A stretch of 64,000 nucleotides of DNA, taken from Limnothrix sp. BL-A-16. Its GTDB lineage: Bacteria; Cyanobacteriota; Cyanobacteriia; CACIAM-69d. The translations under genes were made by a program, and so were the position numbers. The notes beneath the pieces were generated by a model. That model did no database searches, was not told the DNA's origin, and saw nothing but the letters and a program-made list of their open reading frames with translations. The stretch is taken from NCBI GenBank assembly GCA_041937175.2, contig CP166615.1, forward strand, positions 3,808,001 to 3,872,000, written 5' to 3'. Shown here in pieces: positions 43,100 to 54,366 of the stretch; within the stretch, counting starts at the first letter, position 1; each line of letters starts with the position of its first letter.

Positions 43100-43570
43100 A
43101 GTTAATTAATGTACTATATTCAAAATAGGCTCTGATAGATTTTGGATCAATTATTCAAAACCCAATTGAGGCTGCCCGTTAGTTGTGAGCAAATTACAAA
43201 ATTTAAAACCTTTAATCATATAACAAATTGTGCTTAATCAGGTAAGGGGTGATCGCCTGACCCCCTTGTGGAAAACTGCCCGATCGGGGCAAAACCTGTG
43301 GAAAACCTGTGGAAAAGTACCCCTATTCTGTGGAAAACCTGTGGAAAAGTACCCCTCTTTCTGTGGAAAAAAAAAAGTGTCTGTGGAAAACTTGACTAGG
43401 TATAAATACCCTGTGGAAAAACACCCCCCCTTTTTCCACAGGGTTTTCCACAGGGTATGATCGCTGAAAGGCTCATGAAATAAGGATTTTTTTGAGTTTT
43501 CCACATTTCCACAGGGCCCTACTACTACTATCTATTTAAAAAATAAGAAAGAGAAGAAGAGATAGATAGT
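43100..43570. promoter_or_regulatory. oriC: Probable chromosomal replication origin oriC
   Basis: TGTGGAAAA at 43267, 43297, 43308, 43329, 43340, 43362, 43382, 43412; TTTTCCACA at 43432, 43444, 43497; near-box at 43505; then GGGCCC, (TAC)n trios and an AT-rich tract; upstream of dnaN. Confidence 0.9.
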
Positions 43571-44076
43571 CCAGCTCAAAAATTTTCTTGGAAACGGCCA
43601 AAATTCTTCGGGGAGACGGTCTGTTTCTATCGAACTCAGGATCCAGTTTTTAGCCTAGTCGATCGAGCCGGAATCGCAACCGACCGGTGAGGCAGTGGCC
43701 GCTAGGGGCTGGAGACGACAGGATTCGAGTTGGGCTGAGTTTGAAACCCAGCGTTTGACGAATCCGAAAACGGCTAAAACCTAGACAGAATCAGGATCTG
43801 AGCGTTCAAAATTCGCTTCGCTTGGGGCCGAGTCGATCGGCAAGTTTGAGGGCGATCGAACCCTTTGAAAACGGCTAAAACCCAAGCCAGGCTTTGATTG
43901 TTGCGATCGCGCTTCGATTTTCCGCAGGGCGATCGGGCCGCAAAGTCACGGGTTGCTCTCGATGGCCAAAACGGCGATTTTGGGTTAAACTCAGGGCTGC
44001 TCATCGGGGCCAAATTTCCCCCGGCGGCGGTCGCCGTTTTCCACAGAACAGCCCCGAAACCCAAGCCCCAGAAGCC

Positions 44077-45225
44077 ATGAAGCTGCTTTGCGCCCAAAGC
44101 GACCTGAGTGCCAACCTGTCCCTAGTCAGCCGTGCGGTTCCGTCGCGGCCGACGCACCCGGTTTTGGGCAATGTGCTGCTGACCTGCGATGCGGGCACTC
44201 AGCGCGTGAGTTTGACCGCCTTTGACCTCAGCTTGGGCATCCAGACCAGCTTCCCGGCGGAAGTGGAAGATTCTGGGGAAATCACGTTGCCGGCCAAGCT
44301 TTTCGCGGACATTGTGGGCAAGCTGCCCACTGGCACGGTGTCGCTGGATGCCAACGAGGACTGCTCAGCGGCGATTTCCGCCCAGTCCAGCCGCTACCAG
44401 ATTCAGGGCATGAGCGCCGAAGAATTCACAACCCTGCCGGTGGTGGAAACGGGCGAAGCGGTTTACCTGCCGGTGGCAGCGCTGTTGGAGGGGATGCGCG
44501 GTTCCCTGTTCGCCGCCAGCAACGACGAAACGAAGCAGATTTTGACCGGGGTTCACCTGTCGGTGGAGACCGATTCCCTGGAGTTTGCGGCCACCGATGG
44601 CCACCGGTTGGCGGTGGTGCGGGCGGCGATGGTGGAGGACGAAGAGACGGAAACGGGTACGGTGGAACCCTTTGCGGTGACGGTTCCGGGCCGGACGCTG
44701 CGGGAGCTGGAGCGAATTTTGGCAGCGCAGCAGTCGAGCGAACCGGTGGCCCTGTACTGCGATCGGGGGCAGTTAGCTTTGCAGTGGGGGGATTATTACC
44801 TCACCAGCCGCACCCTGGAAGGGCAGTATCCGGCCTACAACCAGCTCATTCCTCGCCAGTTCGATCGCCAGGTGACCGTTGAGCGGAAGCTATTGCTGGG
44901 GGCGCTCGATCGAATTTCGGTGATTGCTGACCAAAAGAGCAACCACATCGTCAAGTTCTCGATCGACGCAACGAACCAAAGCCTTGGCATTTCAGCCGAT
45001 GCGCAAGATGCGGGCAGCGGTCGCGAGACGATCGAATCGGCCCAAATTTCCGGCGAGGACATCGACATCGCCTTCAACGTCAAGTACTTGATGGAATCGC
45101 TGAAAAACCTGACCACAACAGAGATTCAGCTTCAAATGAACACGCCCACCAGCCCGGTGGTGATTACGCCCTTGGGTGGCGCAAAGGCAACCCATTTGGT
45201 GATGCCGGTGCAGGTGCGGAGCTAG
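44077..45225 (+). CDS. dnaN: DNA polymerase III beta sliding clamp
   Basis: SRAVPSRPTHPVL, AFDLSLGI, ATDGHRL, LEGQYP, IAFNVKYL, LVMPVQ. Confidence 0.97.
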   Translation: MKLLCAQSDLSANLSLVSRAVPSRPTHPVLGNVLLTCDAGTQRVSLTAFDLSLGIQTSFPAEVEDSGEITLPAKLFADIVGKLPTGTVSLDANEDCSAAISAQSSRYQIQGMSAEEFTTLPVVETGEAVYLPVAALLEGMRGSLFAASNDETKQILTGVHLSVETDSLEFAATDGHRLAVVRAAMVEDEETETGTVEPFAVTVPGRTLRELERILAAQQSSEPVALYCDRGQLALQWGDYYLTSRTLEGQYPAYNQLIPRQFDRQVTVERKLLLGALDRISVIADQKSNHIVKFSIDATNQSLGISADAQDAGSGRETIESAQISGEDIDIAFNVKYLMESLKNLTTTEIQLQMNTPTSPVVITPLGGAKATHLVMPVQVRS

Positions 45226-45323
45226 GTTCCGGTTGACCGCTGGCGCTAATCGCTTGGTGTTATTGGTGTTAATCGCTAGTTCAGTTGCCCTTGCTTTGAA
45301 GTTTCCTAGCCTGGGCCGAATTA

Positions 45324-46493
45324 TTGAAGATCATGCCCGTTGCGGTTGCTAGCAGCCCTAGGAAGCCCAATGAAATGCGACTGACAAGGAATAGCTCAAA
45401 TTTCCAAAATCAGCGGCTTTTGCGGCAGTTTTTGCCTCAGTTGGGCCAATGGCTGGGGATTGTGGGGGCGATCGCCTGCTGCTGGGCGGCTCCCGTTTGG
45501 GCAGAATCAGCCCCGATGTCAGCCCCGATGATGTCGCCGTTCGTGACTGACCCCAGCGTTTTGGCGAGTGCCCTGGCGAGTGCCCCGATCGCGATTCCCG
45601 CCACGCCTAACCCACAACTGGCACAAGACCTTGTAAACAATCCGGGGGATCCGGGGACTTTTGATCGGTTCTGGGCCGACCTGGCCGGATCGCAAGTGAT
45701 TTATCTGGGGGAAGTTCACGACCGATCCGCCGATGTGCCGATCAAATTGGAGGTTATCCACAGGACTTTTCAACAGGTGGAAAACTTTTCGCGCCAGGGT
45801 CAGCCCGGCCGGCTGGTCATTGCGCTGGAAATGTTCCAACAGCCGTTTCAGTCAGTCTTGGATGATTACTTGGCGGGGCGGATTGATGAAGCCACCCTGC
45901 GCGATCGCACGGAATTTGATCAACGCTGGGGATTTGATTGGGAAATTATTGCGCCGATTTTGCGGTGGGCACGCGATCGGGGTGTGGCCGTGGTGGCCTT
46001 GAATTTGCCTGTGGAAGTGACCCGCCAGATTGGTCGCCAGGGCTGGGATGCTCTCCCCGCCGAGGCTTGGCAATGGTTGCCCCCACCCCATGAATTGCAA
46101 TTGGGATCTGCGGGTTACCGGGCCTGGCTGCGAGAAATTTATGACGAAATCCATCAGCAGCACGGAGTCAGCGCCCAAAGTAGCGCCCAAAGTTCTGCGA
46201 GTGCCGATCGCACGGAACGCTTTAACCGATTTTTGGCCGCTCAGGCCGCTTGGGACGAAACCATGGCGGCGGGCATTGCCCGTTTGCTGCAACGGCCGGG
46301 CGATCGGGTGGTGACCATCTTGGGTCGTGGTCACATGGTCTATGGGTGGGGTGTGCCCGATCGCCTGGCCCGGCGCAAACCCGATGTGGTGCAGCGATCG
46401 ATCCTGTTGGGCCCCCTGGAAGCCCCCGAAATTTACCGCGATGGGCGATCGATCAGTCACTACTGGTGGCCCAGTGCTCGATCGACCCCGTGA
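45324..46493 (+). CDS. ChaN-family (heme/iron-uptake) protein
   Basis: YLGEVHD, LEMF, AQAAWDETMA, GRGH, GVP motifs; start uncertain. Confidence 0.8.
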   Translation: MKIMPVAVASSPRKPNEMRLTRNSSNFQNQRLLRQFLPQLGQWLGIVGAIACCWAAPVWAESAPMSAPMMSPFVTDPSVLASALASAPIAIPATPNPQLAQDLVNNPGDPGTFDRFWADLAGSQVIYLGEVHDRSADVPIKLEVIHRTFQQVENFSRQGQPGRLVIALEMFQQPFQSVLDDYLAGRIDEATLRDRTEFDQRWGFDWEIIAPILRWARDRGVAVVALNLPVEVTRQIGRQGWDALPAEAWQWLPPPHELQLGSAGYRAWLREIYDEIHQQHGVSAQSSAQSSASADRTERFNRFLAAQAAWDETMAAGIARLLQRPGDRVVTILGRGHMVYGWGVPDRLARRKPDVVQRSILLGPLEAPEIYRDGRSISHYWWPSARSTP

Positions 46494-46979
46494 AATTACT
46501 GATTAATCCAAGGGTTGATTAGTAATATTATGAGCTAGCGTTATGAGTAAACAAGACCAACTCGTAACGGCAACTCATTAGGAATGGCCAATTTAGTGCC
46601 GAATTTCCAATCTAGGGACTAATCCAAATCCTAATTTAAAGCCTCATTCAAGGCCTGACTCACTGATCCATTTGCGCTGGAGCTAGCTGATCAGTTGGTG
46701 ATTATTGGTGATCAATTCGCCCTTGCGGACTCGGTGTACCAGAGCCATTGTGCGGTTTCCTCGAATCGCTATCTCCAGCACAATTCATTGGTATTGGCTC
46801 ATTTGTATTGGCGCACCTTAACCGAGTCAATTCAGTTAAATTAACTTGCGCCAATGCCCATAAACTTGCAAAAATGTGCAGAATATGGGCAAAACTAGCT
46901 AGTTTCGATCTGGCTCCCCGCGATCGGGGATGAACCGGTGAGTCAGACTTAACAGCGTTGATCAGGGTTTGTCATCGTC

Positions 46980-48512
46980 TTGGGGAGAAGTGAGTTGAGT
47001 TCTGCGTCCGTTTCGGAGGCTCCGACGTTTCAGGAGCGAGTTGCGCATCTGACCGAACAGCTTGAGCAATTTGCTCAAAAAGACCTTGATCCAACGGTTC
47101 GTGATGAATTAGCACTCGATATTCTGTGCGATCGAGATACCTTGCAAGTCATCCTTAAGGACTTGGCAAAGCATCAGCAACTGGAAGCTGCCACCGTTTC
47201 AGAAATCGACGCGCTCGATCGTCGCCTGGCAACCCTGGACTCAAAATTTCTGGCCATTGCAGCTTTGCCCCGTTGGCGAGATACCTTCGATCCTGGCCCT
47301 AATGCCTGGTGGTGGTTTCCCGAAGCCGAAGGCTCCAAACCCAAAATTGCAACCCGACGACGGGAAATTTTCTGGCGGGGGGTGTCCGTGGTGTCCCTCT
47401 TGGCCACGGCCAGTGCCGCCAGCACCATCCTGCCGGTTTTCTCGATCGGGGGATTTGGCTTAGGAGAAGCCCTGGCCAGTGCAGGCCAGGTGACCGGGCT
47501 GGCCGTGTTGGGGCGTGGCGTTCTCACTCCCGAAGGAACCAAGGCCCTCAAACGGTTTTGCGCGAAGTTTTCAATTCCCGGTCAGTGGTATAGCGAGGCG
47601 ATCGCCGCCTTTTCCATCACCCTTGGCGCTTTGTCCATGTGGGCCGCCCAAGATGGTTTGCCCCGGTGGTTTAACTATGCCGCCAATCAGCACTATCAAC
47701 AGGGCGAGCTAGACGAAGCCCGTGTGAATTATCAAAAAACGCTGTCCCTGATGCCCAACAATGATGAGGCTTCATTGGGATTGGGATTGGTCTATGAATC
47801 CCTGGGGCAACTCAAAGAAGCGGGCGATTCCTATCGGCAAGTGGCTGACCAAGGCGACCCGATCGCCCTCAGTCGATTGGCACGGGTGCAATTTTCCTTG
47901 CTATTGAAAACCAATCGCCCCGACAAGCTATTACAAAATCAACAGACTTCCGAAGTGGAAGCTCTCTTGAAACTAGCCTTACACCGCGTTGAAAAGCGAA
48001 ATTTGTCAACCTCAGAGGCTGCTAACCAGCGCTATCAAATTTACCGAAATTTAGGATGGTTGCGTTGGTGGCAACGGGACTACATTGGTGCAGAAGCGAT
48101 TCTCAAACGCGCCATTAAAGAGGATGAATCTTTTCCCGAACAACAGCTCGGAACGGGGCTGTCCCATTGCCTATTGGCACAAATGTATCGCGAAGAGAAA
48201 CGGGATTCAGAAGCCGAGCAAGAATACGCCATTTGTCTTCAAAAATCTCGCCCAGAGACCCTTTCAGAATATGAGTGGTTCTTCCAGGTTGGCCAGGGCC
48301 GAGTGGCTACCTGCATTGACACAAGCGCGGTGATGCGTGGCACCACTCGAGAAACTATTCAAAAACTCCCCCTTTGCATGGATGATGCTGCGGAACGGAA
48401 CAAGTTGAGAACACCGAATCCAGGCCAATCTACGCCTTCTGCTGTGCCGTCTGTTGTACCTGCTGCTGCGCCGAGTCCTGCTGTGAAGACGACGGGATCT
48501 CCCAGCCCCTAA
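46980..48512 (+). CDS. Membrane-associated tetratricopeptide repeat protein
   Basis: N-terminal WR...AWWW motif, TM segments, TPR-like repeats (YQKTLSLMPNNDEASLGLGLVY). Confidence 0.8.
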   Translation: MGRSELSSASVSEAPTFQERVAHLTEQLEQFAQKDLDPTVRDELALDILCDRDTLQVILKDLAKHQQLEAATVSEIDALDRRLATLDSKFLAIAALPRWRDTFDPGPNAWWWFPEAEGSKPKIATRRREIFWRGVSVVSLLATASAASTILPVFSIGGFGLGEALASAGQVTGLAVLGRGVLTPEGTKALKRFCAKFSIPGQWYSEAIAAFSITLGALSMWAAQDGLPRWFNYAANQHYQQGELDEARVNYQKTLSLMPNNDEASLGLGLVYESLGQLKEAGDSYRQVADQGDPIALSRLARVQFSLLLKTNRPDKLLQNQQTSEVEALLKLALHRVEKRNLSTSEAANQRYQIYRNLGWLRWWQRDYIGAEAILKRAIKEDESFPEQQLGTGLSHCLLAQMYREEKRDSEAEQEYAICLQKSRPETLSEYEWFFQVGQGRVATCIDTSAVMRGTTRETIQKLPLCMDDAAERNKLRTPNPGQSTPSAVPSVVPAAAPSPAVKTTGSPSP

Positions 48513-51500
48513 CCCAGGGAAGAAATTGAAGAGGAGGAAGGATCCCGATCGCCCGTTGCGCCACTCGATCGACTATCCAAAACCGATTGGGTCAGTTGCA
48601 CAATTTCCGGAAATGCGAAGTTTTCCGTTAAGTGGGTCAGGGTTTGGCAGAGATCGTAATAGGGGCTAGGAATCTGTTGCAAGAGTTGAGTAATGGTTTG
48701 ATCAGAACAGGTGAGGGCCGCATGGTGTAAAGCGGCAATCCAAGCCTGGGGCATCACCGATAAATCCACGGTGGGTGACGGGTCGATCGCGCCTAGGGAG
48801 CTGACGGAGCGATCGGACACATCAGTTCTGAGTTCTGCATAACGGTACTTTAAAGGCAAATATTTCGCCATCATCTGAAAGGGTTGATCGAGGGCAAAAG
48901 GCTTGCTCATATAGTCATTACAACCGGCCGCGATCGCCAGCGAAGGATCATCGGCAGATCCCTGGGCTGTAATGGCAATGATCGTGGTTAAGGAAAAGGG
49001 TGCTTGATGCTTACTTTCCCAACGCCGTTGCTCCAGAGTGCGAATTTTTCGTGTTGTGGCATAGCCATCTAATCCTGGCATTCGCAAATCCATCCAAATC
49101 AGATGGGGCTGCCAAGCTTGCCATTGGGCGATCGCCTCCAAGCCGTTTTTGGCTTCGCGAATCTGTAACCCCAAACAGGACAGCAGCCGCACCAAAAGCT
49201 GGCGATTTTCCGTTTGATCATCCACTACCAAAATTCGATAGTCCGTGCGATCGCTTGCTAATCCCACAATTTGGGGAATCGGCGTATTGGTTTGCGACAT
49301 CGCCTGATGAGTCACCAAAACGGGGATATAAAAACGGAAAAGGCTGCCTTGACCCAGTTGGCTTTCAGCGGTAATTTCTCCGCCCATTAGCTCCACCAGT
49401 TGCCGACTAATGGCTAAACCCAAGCCAGTTCCGCCATGGGCATCTTGGTGATCCGTTGCCTGCACAAAATCATCAAAAATGGTTTCCAAATGTTCAGGAG
49501 CAATGCCAATTCCACTATCTTGAACCTCAAACAGTAAGGTGGTTTGGGTGGGTGTGGAGGGCGATCGCTCCGTTGGTGAGCCATTCGCTGAAACCGAATG
49601 AGAAATGGTCATTGTCCCGGAGGAAACTGCCTCAAAATCGGGAATATTTGGGGGGGAAATTTCCGCAATAGGGGGGAACTGGGTTGAGCTACTGTCGTGG
49701 GAACGTAGCCGCACTCGAATAAAGCCCGTTTGTGTAAACTTCAGGGCGTTGCTAATCAAATTAATCAAAACTTGCTCTAGCTTTCGGCCATCAACCAGGG
49801 CATGGGTGGGCAATAATGCGGCCAGTTGTAAATCTAGCTGTAGGCCCTTGTGTTGGGCTTGCAACAAAAATAGATCGGCCACACTTTGCATCAATTCCCG
49901 CAGGTTAATGACCTGAGGTGCAAGGGTTAATTTACCGGCTTCAATTTTAGAAAGATCTAAGATTTCGTTGATGAGTTTTAAAAGATGCTCACCACTGCGA
50001 TAAATTCGCTGCAAGTCGTCACGCTGGGTGGGTGACAGAACCGCTTCTCGCTGCAAGATATTGGTAAATCCCAGAATGATATTGAGAGGGGTTCGGAGTT
50101 CATGGCTCATTTTGGCCAGGAAGGTACTTTTCGCGCGGTTAGCCACTTCTGCGGCTTCTTTGGCTTGATGTAACTCCCGTTCCACCTGTTTTCGATCGCT
50201 GATGTCACTGAGGATACCAATCAGGCAATCTTGACCTTCCAAATAACTGATGGTGGCTGAGAGAAGAACCGTTTTAATTTCGCCAGATTTGGTGCGAAAT
50301 TCTGTTTCAAATTCACGAATCCAACCTTGTTCCTTGAGAACTTTCCGAAATTCTGTTAAATCATTGGGATCTTTCCAGAGCTGCATCTCAGTACAGCTTT
50401 TGCCTACTATTTCTATGTGAGAATAACCTAAAATGCGTGTGAAATTATCATTAATATTAAGGCAATAACCATCATTGATTTGGGCAATCCAGGCGGCTTC
50501 TGGGCCGGCTTGAAAGATAGTGGCGAATTTTAATTCCGATTGACGCAGGGCCAGTTCCATCCGTTTTTGATCGGTGATGTTGGTGATGGTGCCCACCAGT
50601 TTTACCACTTGACCCTGTTGATCAAAAATCGGTTCGCCTCGGCTAATGAGATAGATCGTTGACCCGTCGCGGCGTTGGATGCCATGTTCGATCGTGTAGG
50701 GAATACCTTGTTCGATCGCCTCAGTAACAGTGGCCACAAATCGCGGGCGATCGGCCTCGGGGAGCAAATCAAAAAGGTCAGGGTGGCCCGGTTCCTGGGC
50801 ATCGGGTTCCAATCCCAAAATGCGAAATTGTTCCGCTGACCAAGTGCTTGTGCCCGTCGCCACATCAAATTCCCAACTGCCCACCTGGGCAATCCGTTGG
50901 GCTTCCGTGAGGGCAGCCGTTTTCTGCGCCACCTGTTGCTCCAGGTCACGGGCATAGGTGTGGCGGAGTTGGTCGGCTGCTTGTAAGGCTCCCACCATTT
51001 GCTGAAAGGCTTGGGTTAAGCGATTCACTTCCGCCACCCGCGTTTTGGGCAGGGGGTTGGCATGTTGGCCGGCGGCGATCGCCCGGGTTGCCTCTGTCAA
51101 ATTGCGCAGCGATCGGCTCAAGCGTTTGGCGGTCCAAGTGCCCGTTCCCAAGGATCCTGCCAAGGCCAACAAACAAAACCAAACATTTTGGCGATGATTA
51201 GCCTCAATCTCACCAATGAAATCGGCTTCCGGAACCGCCGTGACCACGAGCCAATTCAATCCATAGGCATCTTGGTAGGGGGTGACCTTCGTAAACAACG
51301 TGCCATTTTGAAAGGCTAATCGCCACCGTTGTTCCGTTTGAATGGTTTGCCAGTGGGGATCTTTTTGTTGAAGCTGCTGGGCAATGGCCCTGGTTTCTGA
51401 ATTACGACTTTGGGCCAGCGATAATCTGGTGGGATAGGGTTGGTTGGGTTGTTGAATGTAGGGCAATTCCAGGGTGGAAGTGGCTACTAAATTGCCCGAT

Positions 51501-52366
51501 CGATCCACAATAAAAGCCTGCCCTCGGGGCGAAATTTGTAACTGATTGAGGAAGGTATTCAACCCCGACAGTAAAACCGTGCGGCTTAAAACGCCTCGAA
51601 AATTGCGATTGCCATCATAAATGGGCAACAATGCATCAATGCCCAACATTGGAATCACGCGATGGGTATAAACCGGTGACCAAGTGGGCTGGCGACTACT
51701 TTGGGCCCGTTGAAACCAGGCCGTTTGCCGCACATCATCGGTGATTTGATAGGCGGCTTCCAAGGGTTGCCCTTGGTCATTCACCCGCGAGTAGAGGCGC
51801 TGGCTGGGAAGGTTGGGGCTGGCCTCCGCCAGGAACTGGGTGCCCACGGGATAGGATTTGCCCGTTAATTGCTCAATTTGTTGGCGCAATTCCAGGTTGA
51901 CCGATCGCACATAGCCCACGAGCAAGCCCCGATCGTTGGCAAACATGGCCGCCACCAGACCGGGATCCGTGGCCATCTGTTGCCATAGATAATCGCGCCA
52001 AGGGGTGGGGTTATCTAACGGCAGCTTGCCCCCTTGGATCGCTCGGCCATTGGCGGCCAAAGTGTGTTGTTGCTTGCTGAGCAGACTATCCACATGATCA
52101 CGCACCCGGTGATCCACAGCATCCAGCAGGCGATTGGCCAAATTTTCCACGGAGGTTTGACCGCTGCGGTAGGACCAATAGCCCACCAAGCCCACCGCCC
52201 CCACCACCTGCACCACAAAAGGAACCGTCAACACCCAAAACAGGCTGATGGCCGCAGATCGATCGGGCTGATTTTGGCCATGCCGCCGCCGCGAAATCCG
52301 TTGCCAAAGGCCTTGGATTCGACGAGGGAGCCGCATTTTTCGCCAGCGTTGCTGTTGAAGATTCAT
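48509..52366 (-). CDS. Hybrid sensor histidine kinase (Cache-HAMP-PAS-PAS-HisKA-HATPase-REC)
   Basis: Two TMs around a periplasmic domain; SHELRTPL, NLISNALKFT, DSGIG, GTGLGL; receiver VDD...WMD...SKP. Confidence 0.93.
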   Translation of the reverse strand: MNLQQQRWRKMRLPRRIQGLWQRISRRRHGQNQPDRSAAISLFWVLTVPFVVQVVGAVGLVGYWSYRSGQTSVENLANRLLDAVDHRVRDHVDSLLSKQQHTLAANGRAIQGGKLPLDNPTPWRDYLWQQMATDPGLVAAMFANDRGLLVGYVRSVNLELRQQIEQLTGKSYPVGTQFLAEASPNLPSQRLYSRVNDQGQPLEAAYQITDDVRQTAWFQRAQSSRQPTWSPVYTHRVIPMLGIDALLPIYDGNRNFRGVLSRTVLLSGLNTFLNQLQISPRGQAFIVDRSGNLVATSTLELPYIQQPNQPYPTRLSLAQSRNSETRAIAQQLQQKDPHWQTIQTEQRWRLAFQNGTLFTKVTPYQDAYGLNWLVVTAVPEADFIGEIEANHRQNVWFCLLALAGSLGTGTWTAKRLSRSLRNLTEATRAIAAGQHANPLPKTRVAEVNRLTQAFQQMVGALQAADQLRHTYARDLEQQVAQKTAALTEAQRIAQVGSWEFDVATGTSTWSAEQFRILGLEPDAQEPGHPDLFDLLPEADRPRFVATVTEAIEQGIPYTIEHGIQRRDGSTIYLISRGEPIFDQQGQVVKLVGTITNITDQKRMELALRQSELKFATIFQAGPEAAWIAQINDGYCLNINDNFTRILGYSHIEIVGKSCTEMQLWKDPNDLTEFRKVLKEQGWIREFETEFRTKSGEIKTVLLSATISYLEGQDCLIGILSDISDRKQVERELHQAKEAAEVANRAKSTFLAKMSHELRTPLNIILGFTNILQREAVLSPTQRDDLQRIYRSGEHLLKLINEILDLSKIEAGKLTLAPQVINLRELMQSVADLFLLQAQHKGLQLDLQLAALLPTHALVDGRKLEQVLINLISNALKFTQTGFIRVRLRSHDSSSTQFPPIAEISPPNIPDFEAVSSGTMTISHSVSANGSPTERSPSTPTQTTLLFEVQDSGIGIAPEHLETIFDDFVQATDHQDAHGGTGLGLAISRQLVELMGGEITAESQLGQGSLFRFYIPVLVTHQAMSQTNTPIPQIVGLASDRTDYRILVVDDQTENRQLLVRLLSCLGLQIREAKNGLEAIAQWQAWQPHLIWMDLRMPGLDGYATTRKIRTLEQRRWESKHQAPFSLTTIIAITAQGSADDPSLAIAAGCNDYMSKPFALDQPFQMMAKYLPLKYRYAELRTDVSDRSVSSLGAIDPSPTVDLSVMPQAWIAALHHAALTCSDQTITQLLQQIPSPYYDLCQTLTHLTENFAFPEIVQLTQSVLDSRSSGATGDRDPSSSSISSLG

Positions 52367-53425
52367 AGGCTCATGCGGGACTGACGGGGCAATTCAGGCG
52401 CGTTCAGGGGCCCTTGTCCTAGCGGTTTGGGAAATGATTGGGAGACTGGAGGCAGCGGTTTGGGTCGGGAATGGTCGGTTTGATTTGGGGCATGGGCGGG
52501 TAGTGGCATCCCAATCGCTCAACGGTGGATGACCTGACTGCAATGGGGCGATCGACCGGTTTGCAATCCTCAACTGCGATCACAATCGGGGCACGATCGA
52601 CTTCCGATCGCACCGTTGCCTAATCAATCGCTTACAACTGGTATTAACACTATCAGCGACTGATGATCTGTAACGCTATCTACCTACTAATCGAGTAGAT
52701 CTACTGAAGCGTTAGAAATATCACAGCGTTCTTTGCTCGATCGCCTGAACTCATATTGATAATTCTATTGATATCAACTTATGGAACTGAGATTTTATAA
52801 GTTTTGTAAGTGTGCTGAGCTGGCAAGAAATTGCCTTTGATGGCTCAGATTAGTTGAAAGTCTGATTCACCTAGTCAGCCGCTGAAAAATTGCCTTAACT
52901 AACCATACTAACCCATGGGAAAGAATTTTGACTTGTTGGAAATTACGGCGAGTTAGTCCACCAGAGATCACAAGAGTCCCAGGATGATAACAACGTGAGT
53001 CCTTTGATTTTGAAAAGGGTAAATTGTGCAAGATTTAATCCCGGCTTAAGGATACTTAAAATTCAAGCAGAAACCCAATTCGGAATCAGCTATTCTGAAC
53101 TAGGCCTTAACCTATGATTCGGGTTTTTGTTTCTGCAAAAGTTGGAACAGTCAGTGTTAGAAAAATAACCCAATTGTCTTGAACGGGGCGGCAAATTAGA
53201 TGGCCCTCATCCATGAACCCAAAACACTCCTGATTTCCCCAAGGGTGATTGCTAAAGTTTTGTTCTGGAACTGACGCTTGGCAACCTGGGTCATCGAGGC
53301 GGCTGGTTGGGATGCAAGGGCCTTGGGGAAAAGCTCAATGGCCGGGAGCCAAAATTTTGGATCAGGAATTGGCGAAGATCATCGGCTAGGATCGACGCAA
53401 CTTTCAGGCCGTTTGGATAACTCCC

Positions 53426-54346
53426 ATGTCTGCGACAGCATCGTTTATTCGCCAAAGCCAACTGCTGGGCCGCTTGGTGCTCGATCGCGCCACTACGGAA
53501 ACTCTGGGCCATGTGGCCGCCCTGTGGGTTGATCCGCGAGCAGCCCGGGTGTTGGGGATTGTGATTCGATCGGGGCCGTTGCCGCTGAATTTGTCCTTGA
53601 AGTTGCCGCTGGGCGGCCCGTTGCGAGCCTGTGCCTGGGGTCAGGTGGTGGCGATCGGGGCGGATAGCGTGTTGGTGGATCTGGGGACTCAAGGGGAGAG
53701 CCTGCAACAGCCGGAGGGAGCTTTTGACCTAGTGGGTCACGAGGTTTGGACTGACGGCGGCAATCGGATTGGCACGGTGGCGGATCTGGAGTTGGATCCA
53801 GCCGTGGGCCGGGTTGATCGCTACCTTTTCCGGCGCGAAGGTGTGGCGGATGTGGCCTATAGCTTGCCGGCCGGAGCGGCCATCAGCGGCGGGCCGAAGC
53901 GGCTGTTGGTGGTGACCCAAGCGGCCGAGGCGGCCGAAGCGGTTCCTTTGACGGCCGCTTGGGATCAGGCTTTGGATTCGGTGCAAACGTCGGTGCAAAC
54001 CACCCTGCGCCAAGTTCAGGAAAAGACAAAGCCGATCGCCGAAACGGCCCGCAGTCGGTTTGCGGATTTGGCCCGGGAAGCCCGCGATCGAGCCAAGTCC
54101 TTGGCGGACACGGCCCGCACCCGCGCCACGGAACTGACGGAAACCATGCGCGATCGAGCCGATCGGTTGACCCAGGAAAGTCAGTCACTCCAGCGCGATC
54201 GCCCCGCTGGAAATTTGCCCGCCGCCCCAGAGAACGCTGCGACGGATGATGATGATCCGATCGATCTGTGGGATGAAGATTCCCCCGCGATCGACACGCC
54301 CGCAAGCCCGATCGAAACCGATTCCCACCAGCCACCTCAAGCCTAA
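53426..54346 (+). CDS. PRC-barrel domain protein
   Basis: Two barrel-like repeats (LLGRLVLD...IGADSVLV; VGHEVWTDGGNRIGTVAD) and a helical C-terminus. Confidence 0.8.
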   Translation: MSATASFIRQSQLLGRLVLDRATTETLGHVAALWVDPRAARVLGIVIRSGPLPLNLSLKLPLGGPLRACAWGQVVAIGADSVLVDLGTQGESLQQPEGAFDLVGHEVWTDGGNRIGTVADLELDPAVGRVDRYLFRREGVADVAYSLPAGAAISGGPKRLLVVTQAAEAAEAVPLTAAWDQALDSVQTSVQTTLRQVQEKTKPIAETARSRFADLAREARDRAKSLADTARTRATELTETMRDRADRLTQESQSLQRDRPAGNLPAAPENAATDDDDPIDLWDEDSPAIDTPASPIETDSHQPPQA

Positions 54347-54366
54347 GCAGCGCCTCAAGGCTGAAA

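Noticed and set aside
43260..43515. CRISPR-like or plasmid iteron array
   Set aside because: The repeats are 9-bp DnaA boxes in both orientations next to dnaN, which fits oriC
52670..52715. CTACT-loop-AGTAGAT hairpin resembling a Cas12a repeat
   Set aside because: Single copy with no array or cas gene
53066..53137. Long imperfect hairpin as a candidate ncRNA
   Set aside because: Short interrupted stems in AT-rich DNA with no recognisable family motif
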